A DNA stretch of 64,000 nt. Origin: Bugula neritina (lineage: Eukaryota; Animalia; Bryozoa). Below are positions 26,924-40,335 of the stretch, piece after piece. The position numbers were made by a program, and so were the translations under genes. The notes below the pieces were generated by a model, which did not search any database, had not been told where the DNA came from, and worked only from the letters and a program-made list of their open reading frames with translations. Where the stretch lies: assembly GCA_964035545.1 (NCBI GenBank), contig OZ037766.1, forward strand, positions 29,390,640-29,454,639, in the 5' to 3' direction. Position 1 is the stretch's first letter, and each line of letters opens with the position of its first letter.

Positions 26924-28296
26924 GCTAAGTCTTATATACTATAAAAAATATGTGTCAGATATAAAATAAAATTCCTAAACATTTTCAGATTCTTAAATTA
27001 TATTATATTATATTATATTAATATTGCTTATGCTTACATAATGCTTACTTTTATTCTTATTTTTAATAGTTGATATCATATTAAGCAAAATGTGATGAGA
27101 ACTTGTCATTTTGATTTTGATAATAAATTATATAAAAATAGCCTACTAAGCTAAATAACCAATTTCATATATTGACAGTCAAATTTCTAACATAAAATTT
27201 GATCATTCTAAAACTAAATTTGAAAAAAATAAATTCAGGTTTCATGAAACTTCAGCCATTGACGTATATGCAACTAATATTCAAATTGTAATTTAGGCAT
27301 CCACCTGAAATTTACAGCATTTTATATTCAAGTTAAGTTTGTCTTAGATACAATTGGTAAACTATGCAAAGATACAAATACAGAAACAGCCTAATATAAT
27401 TTATTTGCTAAACAATGCTAATACTTATACAACTTTCTATACTCAAAATCTGAACCAATGCAGTTAAATGTCTGCTGAAAATCACAAAAAATCAAGAAGA
27501 TTACTGTCCAACAAATGCTAAGCCTATAGGTATCTAGCTGTTGAGCTCTATGACAGATCTATTACTTGATCACATAGACATAATACCATAGAGTACCACT
27601 TTATAATTGGGTATCAATGTTACAACACAACATATATTACAGGCTACAGTCTTTATACAGATACATATAACATGCTTTGCATTATGAAAAAAGTTTTTAA
27701 TAATAGAGCTCACAATTTTACAGTTACTCAACAAATAATAAAATTATTGTTATATAAAAATCTACAGTTTCTTGCATACAAAGTAACACAGCACATTAAA
27801 TAGTGTAATAGCCTTAGTAGTACTATATATATTATAGTGTGTAAATATGGATTTTATTTTCAGCCTCACAGAAACTGTTACCAGAAGACAACTCTATATA
27901 AGCTCACTGTCTGTAGTATGTCTCACTCCTATTGATTCATTTTTGTGTTAGTTTTGTGCACTATACATTTTAAGGCACATTCGATTGGCATTGTACCCGG
28001 GCATTGAACAAAAATTTTATTCAAATAATTTGAAGCTTGGAGGCGTAGTAATTTTTTCAACTCTCAAATTAATCTATATTGACTCAATATATAACTACTT
28101 ATATTCACCACATCACGGAATTTTCAGATAAGGCGGGTGTCAACTCTGAATTACTAATAAACTCACGCAAGTTTATAGTTGCTATCCCTGTGAGAAACAC
28201 TTGATGGAAAGGGTTTTTGTTAAAGAGGGCTAAGGACTTATCTAAATGAGGCACAGGAGCAATTATAACTGGATGCTTTTTTTAACAACACCAACA

Positions 28297-28369
28297 GCCT
28301 TTGTCCGAGCTCGAACCCAGGAAATCGTGTATACTAGGCAAACACTCTAACCCCTAGACCACGGCTGCT
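28297..28369 (-). mobile_element. tRNA-derived SINE head fragment
   Basis: Minus strand carries A-box-like TGGTCTAGGGG and B-box-like GGTTCGAGCTC; no complete cloverleaf. Confidence 0.5.
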
Positions 28370-28906
28370 CCCTAACTCTGATTCACAAATGAACCAAGTA
28401 AAATAGTTTTTTCAATAACAGATTCTGTCAATAACTATGATATAAAAAATCAGTTAATATTCCATGGCAAAAACATTTTATATCGCAGTTTAGATTGTTT
28501 GCACAATGTTAAAGTTTAATGCCATATATCTTATTACAGATTTATCTGTTTTATTATACAGCAAAGTTTCAACAGTGACAAATTATAGCTTCCAAAAAAT
28601 TGCTTAAAAATTGCAATAATTATAGAAACTAAAATGGTTTAAGCCTAATTATTACATATATTCAAAGCCAAGTCAGTAAATTAAGGCCCATGCATGTGAA
28701 CTTTGGCACATTATTTTTTACTGTCAACCAATCAAAATGGTACACAAGATTGATAAGGAAATACTGTTTGTAAAGTCAAAGTTTAAATACCAGTAGAAAA
28801 GAGAGTTGAGAGTCTTAAGAGTTAGAAAAAGCATAGTGGACTTGATATTGCTGTTGCTGCTTCATTCACTGTTTTTGATAACTCAGTCATCTATAGTTTT
28901 GTGATC

Positions 28907-30783
28907 ATGAAGATTATTGTGGCAATTTTACTCTTAATGGTTTTCTCACTGAGGTTTTCTAGTGGTGAAGATGCAAGTCTTTCTTATGACCTGTTCAATA
29001 ATGGTAAGTTTTTCTAAATCTATTTATATATAATGAAAACATACATAGTGGTAAGACAGATTAGCATAAAATTTAATATTTATATAGAAACAAATAATGC
29101 TAGTTGACAAAGTGTAATTATAATTAGTAATCTGTTAGACAATTTACATTCTATGCAAGCATCGAATTTAGTTTCTCAAAGCTGAATAATCATGACAGTA
29201 ACTTTAGTTCCTCTCTATATTTGCTGTGAAATGAAGGTATAATATGCTAGTTCTACTGTAATAAGACATATATTGTTTTAATATTTATATATACAGGTTG
29301 CATATAGTTTGTAAGTTTTTCTTCCTAAGCATTATATATTTCTATACATTATAATCCTAATAACTTTGTAATATAGTGTCATATGTAATTCAATATTATG
29401 TTACGGTAAACCTTTTCTACATATTTTGTTATAACTTTTTACACAGTATATGCATGCAATCTTTTTATATATTTAGAAAGCTAATCATATTTTTTTCAAG
29501 AATAGAGTAAGGTTATATGCTATTAGTATATTACATCAGTTACGGCCAGTTCTAATTCATTTGATAAAGTTATGTGAGCTAAAACTCAAAATATACCTTG
29601 AAGGCATTATAGCAATAACATCAATACATTTGAGAAGATAAAACAAAGCATAGGCCAGTTCTAGGATTCTATAATTAACATTATAGAGTTTCCATTCTAG
29701 CAGACTGAACTGCTTTGAACATTATAGTTCGATAAGTTTGGTTTTTGTTAATTAGAAGTCACTTTATGCATAAAGCAGTTACTTATTGAACATATATAGC
29801 TGATGATTTGCTTACAATGGAGCTAATAAAGTTATAGTTACTTATACAGCCAGGCATATGTAAGCTAGATATGTTTTATTTTATGTGAAAGAAGCAGCTA
29901 TATATAAATATAAATATCAACTATTCTTAATCTAGAGCTGCAACCCTTACAGAGCAAATAAACTATTATTTTTAGTCAAAAGCTAAAACAATAACACTGG
30001 GTTGTGTATGCAGTATGCATTTACTGATCATCGTAAATTTATATTTCTTGCATTTTAGATGACTCACTTAAACTAAGGTTTGAGCTCTTTGAAGAAAGAG
30101 TGAAACTTCTTCAAAAGATCTTAGCTGTAGACTGCACTACTGAGCAGCTTCATAGAATAAAGAGAGACATAATTTCTGGTCATGGAGAAAGTCAGTTGTT
30201 TGTGGAAAAACTTCTTTACCAGAAGTTGATCAGGAGACTCAGTGAGTGCAGGCAAAAGTCAGCATCAACATCAACAATGAGAATGTCAACGCCAACATCA
30301 ACGTCAACAGTTACATCAACATCAACATCAACAGTTACAGTTGAAAGTACTACAACAAGTAAACCATTTCCTCTGGAATGTCAGACAGCAACAAATCTAA
30401 CTGAGATCTGGAGAGCTGACAATAAAGGAATGAAACTTACACCTATAAACAACTCTCCAGCATGTGATACACGTCAAATGATAGCCAATGGCAGGCCATG
30501 GTTCAGATTTGCTGGAAAAGCAGGAAATAAGTTACTAGACACGTGCCCACCTCCTTACAGTTGCGGGTCTTATATTGGGTTTTGGAGTAACGCTACAATG
30601 CCATCTAAAGTTGGTGTAGCCACACAGGTGAAAGCGTATGGCTCTTGGACAGATGGTTGTTATGAGTTTCCAATATACATTAGAGTAATGAGATGCTCCA
30701 CACCTAGCCAGCATGATCTTATCTACCAGTATGCAGATAGAGATATATGTCACAACTCTTTTTGTGGAATGAAAGTTGAATAA
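28907..30783 (+). CDS. Secreted UMOD/GP2/OIT3 D8C-like domain protein, copy A (273 aa)
   Basis: Exon 1 28907-29003 (signal peptide MKIIVAILLLMVFSLRFSSG) and exon 2 30059-30783. Contains RIKR site, S/T-rich linker, and Cys-rich domain C..NLTEIWR..CD..WFRFAGKAG..LDTCPPPYSCG..W..C..IRVMRC..IYQ..C..FCG. Confidence 0.82.
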
Positions 30784-31415
30784 AGCTGAGTTTTATACTA
30801 TGAAAAAAATATCTTGGATAAAGTGGATTTCCTATAATACCTTTTCAAATTCTTATTATTTAGATTAGTTTTACTTATGCGCTTATATAACATGCTTACT
30901 TTTATTCCTATTTTTCTATTAGATAAAATTAAATAAAATGTGATGAGGATTTTTCATTCTGATTTTAATAATAAATTACATAAAAACAGCCTACTGAGCT
31001 AAATAATCAATTTCATATATATTGGCAGTCAAATTTTTAACATCAATAATCATCCTAAATCTTTTAATTTGAAAAGATAAATCCAGGTTTCATGAAACTT
31101 CGGTCATTGACTTATAAACAAATGATATTCAAATTGTAATTTAGGCATCAACATGAAATTTACAGCATTTTATATTCAAGTAAAGTTAGTTTTAGTTTCA
31201 AATGGTAAACTATGCAAAGATACAATTCACAAATACAAAAACAGCTCTTAATATACTTAATTTGTTGAACATACAGTATTGCTAATATTCATGTAATTAA
31301 TTTCTACTCAAAATCTAAACTGATTTTCTCAGCAAAGCACAAAAACTGCATTCTAAGTAAGACTGCATAACAAATGCTAGGCCTATCACTATCTGTTGAG
31401 GTAAACTGAATCTAT

Positions 31416-31448
<33 letters not shown>

Positions 31449-32261
31449 AGTGGCTTAGATTTTATATGACAAGTATAGTACTATAAGCTTTTCGTACAGT
31501 AAGCTGTACTTGTCATGCAGGTACTAAACTAAATACAAGCTCCATAACCAGCAATAGTGTACTATTGAACAATCTGCTTTAAGCTACATCCCTATAACTA
31601 GACTGGCAACCTCACTGCACGCACAAATACGAGCATATACACTCATGTACAAGTAAACCCTCTATAATATATTGTAAACTGAATTCATATACAGTAACTC
31701 AATTGTAAAAATTAAGCATCATAATCAAGCTTTTTGAAAAATAAATATATATAGATCATTGGTTTGTATTAGCAACATAAAAATAAACATATAATTATGA
31801 AAGCAATCCAGCCATTTATATTTTAGTTATACATTATGCAGCAATGTAAGACAACTTCCCAACACACATGCTATGATGTTTTTAATGCTGCAGTTTTGTG
31901 TTCAAATAATTATTGCTAGTTGAATAAGAAATTTTCCTTTAATCAGCTATATCGGACCTCATAACTAATAAAAGCTGAACAGACAGATTATTTTTAATTA
32001 TAAGTTGAATTTAATATCATAATGGTAAACACTTGCCAAAACATGACAGCAGATTTTATTGCATCACCTAGAACAGTATCCATAAGGTATCGGTTTAACA
32101 TAGATCTATATTCTGATTGCTAAAAGGCATATTTAAGCAGTCTTTTAGAAAATCTAAATATACATTCAAACTATTAAATTTTTTTGAGATTACTTTGAAA
32201 GAGGAATTAGTTCTATGACTTTGAATGCATACTGTATTTCCATCTCTGCACACAGTTGTTC

Positions 32262-32780
32262 TGTGGTAAATATCAGATTTATCTCCCTTGACACATTACT
32301 TATGGTTATTTTTCTAAATACTGTAGTTACAGCTAAGTCTGTGGCGTAACTTTCTAATACCTTAAAATACTATGGCTATTGTTAAGCTTTTAGCATAGTA
32401 AATAGTTAATCCCCTTTCCCCCAATTACAAGTTACAATACGCATACACTTGGTTGGGTTCATTTTTGCTTATTCATGTAAACCGACAGTTGGACCGAATT
32501 GATCGGCAGGTAGATGCCGGCAAACCAAATGTCGGTTACCAACATGTTCAGTGTTGAATGCTGCCATCCCCTGCCGAGCATCAGGTCAAAGGTTCTAGAA
32601 GTCCTTTGTCCTACTGGTATGAAAAGAGCTTCAGTCACTTGAGGACTGGAGCTTGCACTGGATGTATCTCTGCTACAATAAAGTACTGCACGCACACGAA
32701 TTCTACTCTCTCTTGTCTCTTCTATAACAAGGAGTTATGTTCTCTGCCGATTTCATTCTATAACCCACAAAACTACTACA
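32262..32780 (+). mobile_element. Solo LTR (519 bp)
   Basis: TGTGGTA...TACTACA termini, 4-bp TSD GTTC (32258-32261, 32781-32784). The empty site is visible in the paralogous sequence near 26205. Internal AATAAA; homologous to 3700-4083. Confidence 0.85.
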
Positions 32781-33902
32781 GTTCCTCAAGATCATTATGT
32801 ATTAGTAAAACAGCTTTTGCTGTTGCATTTCAATAAATTTATTTTCATAAAAATGAGTCAGCTGGTAAATTTTACAAAAAGTATAAAGCAGAACAAAAGC
32901 TGATGCAAAAATATTATCATACACATAAATATTGTCATAGATATTCATGTAAAGAGTGAAAGAAGGTAAAGCACAAACTAATGCAAATAGTATATATGCC
33001 AGTGATTATAACTAAAATTAGATAACAATTTTAATTTCAATTGATATATCAGCTTTTCTTTTTTCAACACCTAGAAAAAAATAACAGCAACATGATGTTA
33101 TAATGTTTTGGCAAAGTTTATTTATTTATTTAATTATAAAAACATAATTGTGCAGAGTGATGTGTTTACACAAAACTAGCAAAATTATGCTCTTTGTTTT
33201 CTTTTGTGTTCGAAATTGTGATAACAGTTCAAAAACAAATTATTTGTTGATGATGAGTTTAATTTCAATTGTTGGATCGGCTTTTCTCCTAATAATTCCT
33301 ACAAGAAAAAAAAATAATTTACTTAATTTACACAAATCTTATATGGTTATATAGTAAATAAGCAACCGTCATATTTTTTGTATTGATTTGTATATGGTTT
33401 TAGTCAGCAAATGCATAAAATTACATTGTGTAGTTTGTTTTCTTTAGTGATCATTATAGTAACTATATAGAGGGACATATCATTTTTCAATACCTAAAAT
33501 GATTTAGGGTGTTTTCTGAGCTTAACTTTTTAGATGATATATCTATAAGTTTATTTCTAACTATTTTGTTTTGACTTTCCATAAACTACCCTGTAAGGAT
33601 ACTAATGATACTGAAGTTAACATATAGTTAATGATAATACTCACTGGATGTTGAAACTGGTTAGAAGATAGAAGCCCACTGGTACCCATTTATACACAAT
33701 GACCATGAGCTTCAGCTGGTATAAAACTGATGTCTGTAATCATACTGGGGTACACCCTGACAGGTGTGAAGTTGATCTCAACTGTCACATTGCTCCGGCC
33801 TACTTGAAAGTGCTCGGTGAGGAGGTCACTCTTGGCAGCCGATTGTGTGGACGGCAGCACATAACAGATGCCAGAGTTGAAGTCTTTGGTTATGTGTATG
33901 CC

Positions 33903-34283
33903 CTATATATTGTATTACATGCTCTACACATTGTATTACATGTCCTACATATTATATTACATGCCCTACATATTATATTACATGCCCTACATATTATATT
34001 ACATGCCCTACATATTATATTACCTGTCCTACATGTTATATTACATGCCTTACATATTATATTGCATATCCTACATATTATATTACATGTCCTACATATT
34101 ATATTACATGACCTACATATTATATTACATGCCCTACATATTATATTACATGCCTTACATATTATATTGCATATCCTACATATTATATTACATGTCCTAC
34201 ATATTATATTACATGACCTACATATTATATTACGTGTTCTACATATTATATTACATGCCCTACATATTATATTACATGTCCTA
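33903..34283 (-). repeat. 21-bp minisatellite, about 18 copies (inverted paralog of 24601-25101)
   Basis: CATGYCCTACATATTATATTA units. Confidence 0.92.
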
Positions 34284-35175
34284 AATACATATGTATTATA
34301 TTGTATAAAAAATAATCTATTAAAGAAATGGGTAAACATATTAAGGTCCAGAAATAGATCCTAGCTATATAGAATATGTTTTACATAAAATCAAGGCTTT
34401 CTCTTTATAATCAAAGCAAATGCTTATACAAAAATTTATTAACATAAAGAGTATAGTGAGTTTTCAATATGTTAGATTTAACAAAACTAAATATCTAAAT
34501 TACTTTAATTAGAATACTTCACTAAATATTATGTTATGTGGTATACAACAATTTAAAATAGTTATGTAGTAATCATGAAATTATATTTTCATTTAAAATG
34601 ATATGAATAATTATATAAAAAGATTAGGATCTTGCAAATTACAAAATAAAAAAATACATACCAACAAGAGATTCTGACAATAACTAAGCTGAAAAGCAAG
34701 TTTAATTATTCTATGGTAAAATCTTTTACACTGCAGTTTAGATTATTTGTATAGTTTTAAACTTTTATGTTATTGTCCGACATATAATTGCAATTCTAGA
34801 TTTTATGTGCTTTATCTATGTAATTCCACCAGTGATAGAAGGCTTGTCAATTAGGCATTGTCTACAGATTACAACAACTCTGTTTTAAAAAACAACTAGA
34901 TATATATCTTGTTTATTAAAGCTTAAACAATGTAGATAAAAACATAATAAATGTATACATGTTTTTCTACTTTCAACCAATTAAGTTGCTCAGCAAGCTT
35001 GGTTTTGCATTTACTTAGTTTGGAAAAGTCAAAAGTTGAATACCAGCAAAAAAGAGAGGTGAGATCTGCAAGAGATAGAAAAAGCATAGTGGACACAAGC
35101 TGAGCAACTTCACATAACTGTAAATTGTTTCATATTCTTGTTAATAATTTAGTTTTTATATATATTATCTTTATT

Positions 35176-36996
35176 ATGATGAAGATTATTGTGACAACTT
35201 CATTTCTAATACTTTTTTCACTCAGGCTGCCAAGCAGTGAAGGAGGAGATTTGTTTGTTGGCAGTAAGTTCTTATAAGTTGGTTTAGAATGCTTGCAGTG
35301 TCAGTAATGTAGTCTATATTATAAAACATGAGTAGATATTTGTTAGGTAATTAAAATTCACCATTTATAAAAAATCGGAGTTAAAATATTCAATTGAAAG
35401 CTATCCTTTTGAAAAATTCATTTTTTCTATAAGCAATAAAATTTACTAATTTCTCATTAAAGCCGAATAATGCTTTTCACTAAATCAAAGTTTATTTAAA
35501 ATAAATAATATAATTAACATAATATATATTGTTTATCTTACTGCCAATGAATCAATTTATATTAAAAGAAATTCTATATATCCCGTATAACATACCCAAA
35601 CATACACATATGGATACCCAAACAATTGAGTGCAAATTTTGTATAAAAGGCATGCACTATTGGTTCCTTTTTTAAAATTTACTTTTGAGCAAGTTGCAAG
35701 GCTATATATATTTTGGTAAATATTAAAATATACTTATTGCAACATTATATAGAGCTAATAGGAAGATATTTTATCATCCTATAATATATAATTTGATAAT
35801 ATTATATTATACTACTATAAAACATTTTTAAAGTATTCAGTAATATGTATAATTATTTTCATATCTGCGTTTAATTGTTATTTATATTCTTTAACCGTGC
35901 AAAAAGTGCAAAATATTGTTTGGCGGGTAAAAACTGATTTAGGGTTGCATTTAGCACCTTGTTTTGTGTTATATAAAGTTTCTATTCAAGCAGAATACAC
36001 TACTTATAAAGATTATATTTCAATCTGTTGAAATTCTTTAAAACTTAGTAAAAGTCATTTCATACTTAATTTAGTTATAACAGTTTAGCAATTAACATAT
36101 ACCTGCTCTTTTAGCTATAATATAGTTGATAAAGTTATAGCCTTTTACAGTCAGACGTAAGCAGGATATGATATATATAAATACAAACATCATTAAATCT
36201 TAATCTAATCTATAACAAATCTTTAAAAGCAAACTGCAATATTTAACCGAAATTTGAATTAATTATACTGTTGTGTATGCAGCATGCATTGATGATTGTA
36301 TAAATTGAAATTTCTTGCACTTTAGATGACTCACTTAGACTAAGGTTTGAGCTGTTTGAAGAAAGAGTAAAGCTTCTTCAAAGGATGTTAGCTGTAAGCT
36401 GCACCACTGAGCAGCTTCATAGAGTAAAGAGAGACATCATTCCTGGTCATGGGGAAAGTCAGTTATTTGTGGAGAAACTTCTTTACCAGAAGTTGATTAT
36501 GAGACTCAGTGAGTGCAGGCAAGAATCAACATCAACTTCAGCAGTTACAGTTGAAAGTACCACAACAAGTAAACCATTTCCTTTGGAATGTCAGACAGCA
36601 AAAAATCTAACTGAGATCTGGAGAGCTGACAATAAAGGAATGGGACTTACACCTATAAACAACTCTCTAGCATGTGATACACGTCAAATGGTAGCTAATA
36701 ACAACCCATGGTTCAGATTTGCTGGAAAAGCAGGAAATAAGTTACTAGACACGTGCCCACCTCCTTACAGTTGCGGGTCTCAAGTTGGGATTTGGAGTAA
36801 TGCTACAATGCCATCTGATGTGGGTGTAGCCACACAGGTGAGAGCGTATGGCTCTTTCACAAATGGCTGTTATCAGTATCCAATATACATTAAAGTAATG
36901 AGATGCTCCACACCTAGCCAGCATGATTTTATCTACCAGTTAACAGACACAGATAGCTCGTGTTCCTACTCTTTTTGTGGAATGAAAGTTGAATAA
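35176..36996 (+). CDS. Secreted D8C-like domain protein, copy B (252 aa)
   Basis: Exon 1 35176-35263 (MMKIIVTTSFLILFSLRLPSSEGG...) and exon 2 36326-36996. Intact frame, RVKR site, shorter S/T linker. Confidence 0.8.
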
Positions 36997-37619
36997 AGCT
37001 GAGTCTTATATTCTATGAAAAATATGTCAGGTATAAAGTGCAATTCCTATACCTTTTCAGATTTTTATTACATTAATCTTACTTATGCTTACGTGCTTAC
37101 TTTTATTCTTACTTTTAATATTAGATATTATTAAACAAAATGTGATGAGAATTGTCATTTAGATTTTGATAATAAATTATATAAAAAACAGCCTGAGCTA
37201 AATAAGTAATTTCATATATTTGCAGTCAAATTTCTAACATCAAATTGATCATCCTAAAACTTGCAATTTGAGAAGATAAATTCAGGTTTCATGAAACTTC
37301 TGCAATCTATGAATGACAAACCTTACCACCAGCAATAATATAAATATAGCAAAAGAACTTAGATATTTCGGGCTATACGAGGCTGCAGAATTTGAGCTTT
37401 TACTACTGCCATATTTCCTGAAGATGAATTTACCATTTTATAATTTTTACAGTGTTTGTAGAAACTAAGCAAATTACAAAGTTAGTATTATAGCTCTTAA
37501 ACCTGCTAAGAAAATAATTTCAACCTCACGATATACAACAACATACCAATAAGTAAAAGAGTAAAACATAAAGATAATTGTCAGAGTAGAGTTAAGATTC
37601 TTGGTACAGACAGATCTAC

Positions 37620-38049
37620 ATTACTTTTTGTATTCCATTCACATCATCAAGAAGACTCTCTCTTGAAGTCACCATCGAAGGGTCTGTGCCCAGCTGTCTT
37701 AGTCTCTGGACTGTTATAATTTTTAAAGTTCTCCTCATGAAAAGATAACTCATTGGTATAAATCTTTTTTTGACAAGGAAAATAGGTTGCAGTAGATGAT
37801 TGCCCTCACTGTGGCCATTCTCATTTTATTAGACAGTATAGGCTAATTTCTTGAATACAAGAAATATAAAATATTATACCAGTATTTTCAACAAACTAGA
37901 AAATAAAGCTGATGTATTATCTATATGATTAGGAATTTTTTTTTATTTGAAGAATAAATTGACTGCTACGATTCCACCAAAGTATGAGCCATCATCAGAC
38001 AACCAGGTCGCAACTTTTTCATTGTGTTCATCCACCACTTCAACTAAAC
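37620..38049 (-). pseudogene. Two-exon fragment of an HCN-type channel cyclic-nucleotide-binding domain
   Basis: 38049-37975 encodes GLVEVVDEHNEKVATWLSDDGSYFG. From 37849: EISL/LSNKMRMATVRAIIYCNLFSLSKKDL...FMRRTLKIITVQRLRQLGTDPSMVTSRE, with frameshifts and a non-GT donor. Matches the HCN pattern LSDGSYFGEICLL..RRVASVRA.TYCNLFSLS...MRRT. Confidence 0.8.
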
Positions 38050-40335
38050 CTGAAAATATTAGGCTATGCTTTTACTACACTGTCTACACTGCCGCATGCT
38101 TACTTGTCTATCAGTAGACTTTTCACCCAACACGCTGATCCAGTGAGGTGTTAAAAATAAATAAAATTTAAAAGTAGCGTTATACAGTTATACTAAATTG
38201 CATTTAGTATACTAGATGTGCAAATTTATATTATATATGGAATTTTATATTGTATACTGATCAGCGATTGACTTTCCATTGCTCTAAATCTGTCGAATAC
38301 ATCTTAAAATAACAGCTTAAAAATCTACCTGCATTTGTGTGAACTTTAATTTATTCAAAGGCAACGTAACAAATGCTAAGCCTATAGGTATCTGTTGAGG
38401 TCTATGACAGATCTATTACTTGATCACATATAAAAATAACACCACAGAGTACCACTTTATAATTAGGTATCGATGCTCCAATTAACACAACATAATCGCA
38501 ATATAGCCTTTATACAAATACATATTGCTCTGATACATACAGTTCACTCAAAAATATATTGTTGCTAATATTCATAAATTCTACTCCAAATCTAAAACCA
38601 GCATAGCTTGATACCTGCTATATAAAAAGAAGTACTATATACAAAAAAATTGATTTTACTTTGCATTATGAAAAAAGTTTTTAATAATAGAGCTCTTGCA
38701 CAATTTTACAGTTATTATAAGCAACAAATACTAAAATTATTGCTATAATAAAAGCTGATCCACAGTTTTTCACATACAAAGTAACACAAGACATTAAATA
38801 GTGTAATAGCCCTTGCTACACTTGTTACTTTGCTATTATGCTGAATTGCAGTAATGTCCATGACTAAAGAAGTTATTTAGTAGATAATACTATAATTAAC
38901 AGAAAATGAGCAGAGCTACCAACTGGTTACACCTAGCTCCACATACATCATCTGGCTAGTGGATTCAAACAGTTTTATGCTTTTTGTCCTCAAAAGCAGA
39001 TTTTCTGTTTTCATATCAGATGCCATTTTCCCCTTGACCGCCAGAGTGTTGAGTTCACAACTCATTTACTGCACCCCCATGCATAGAATGAATCAGTATG
39101 GAAAGCTCATAGAAATTACGAGTGAGAACCTCATGTTCCAAAAATTGTGGTTTCAATCAATTGAAACTGTTCATATAATGCATCAAAGGAAACTTGCATT
39201 CACATGATGCAAGTATCAAGCATAGAGACGTATATAGTGATTCTTTCACTCTCAAGTGAATCTGTATTGGTTGAATAACTGCTTATATTTAACCACACAA
39301 CAGACTTGTTTTCGTTATAATTACACTTAATTTGACAGCTTATAAAGACAGTTAATAGAATTTTCAGATGAAACTGGTGTCAACTCTGATTCAACAAGGA
39401 ATTTTTGAACAAACAAGAGATTCTGCCAATCACCATGGAAAAACAAATTGAATTATATTATGGTAAAACATTTTACACCAAAGTTTAGATTATTTGTATA
39501 GTTTTGAACTTTTATGCCATCTGATGTAATGGCAATTCCAGATGTTATGCAGTTTATATCACATGCAGAATCAACAGAATGGTATTTTGTGGGGTGATAT
39601 GCTTTTAAATATTTTCTTGTATGTTCCTGGTAGACTTTACACCAATCGTGAGACTGAAATACAATTTCAAAACATAGAAATATATAATATAATGTCATGA
39701 AAGAATTATATGCACAATAACATAAGCAGTTCAAAACCAAACATATGCAAATGTAACAAATGTATATAATTAGTCAAATGTATAAACAATAGTTCATAAA
39801 AGTTATAACCTCTTTCCTCTTTTTATAGGTGAATGTGATAATTAACCAAATACAAAAACAAATTAAAACTGAATAATAATTTCTATAACACTATTTCGTT
39901 CAATTATAGTAGGCATATTATGCATATCCTCTCATATTTTATATGCTCAAAGCTAGCTTTCAATAAGATTAGCTGTCGTTATAGCTATAAGAAAAACTGC
40001 ACGTTTTATGTAATTTATGCTTCTACTGATTATGGACTTTACACAGTTCATCTCCAACATCCCACCAGCTTCATAGATGACTTGGCCAGACATTATTTAC
40101 AGTAAAAATAAGTTTGAGAACAACCAATCATGATTATATCACAGATCAAACAATGTAGATAAAAGCATGAGTAACTTCTTTACTGTTTTTTTTGCTTTCA
40201 ACTGATTGAATTGCTCAGTAAGCCTGATAGGCAGTTATTATTTTTTGAAAAAGTCAAAGTTCAAATGCCAGTATAAAAGAGATTTGAGAATTTTTAGAGT
40301 CAAACAAAGCATAGTGGGCACCGGCTGAGCAACTT

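Larger units (their letters stand above)
31935..34620 (-). pseudogene. Inverted, 5'-truncated paralog of the BRICHOS precursor gene (part of intron 3, exon 4, exons 5a and 5b, 3' flank)
   Basis: Exon 4 at 33902-33645 has a 2-bp TA insertion (33691-33694) and a CAA>TAA change. Exon 5a 33298-33240 reads RIIRR-KADPTIEIKLIINK*. Exon 5b 33070-33012 reads SVEKR-KADISIEIKIVI*. Exons 1-3 are absent. Outer limits approximate. Confidence 0.85.

Noticed and set aside
28297-28369. Functional tRNA gene
   Set aside because: A and B boxes are present but the acceptor and anticodon stems do not pair convincingly; treated as SINE-derived.
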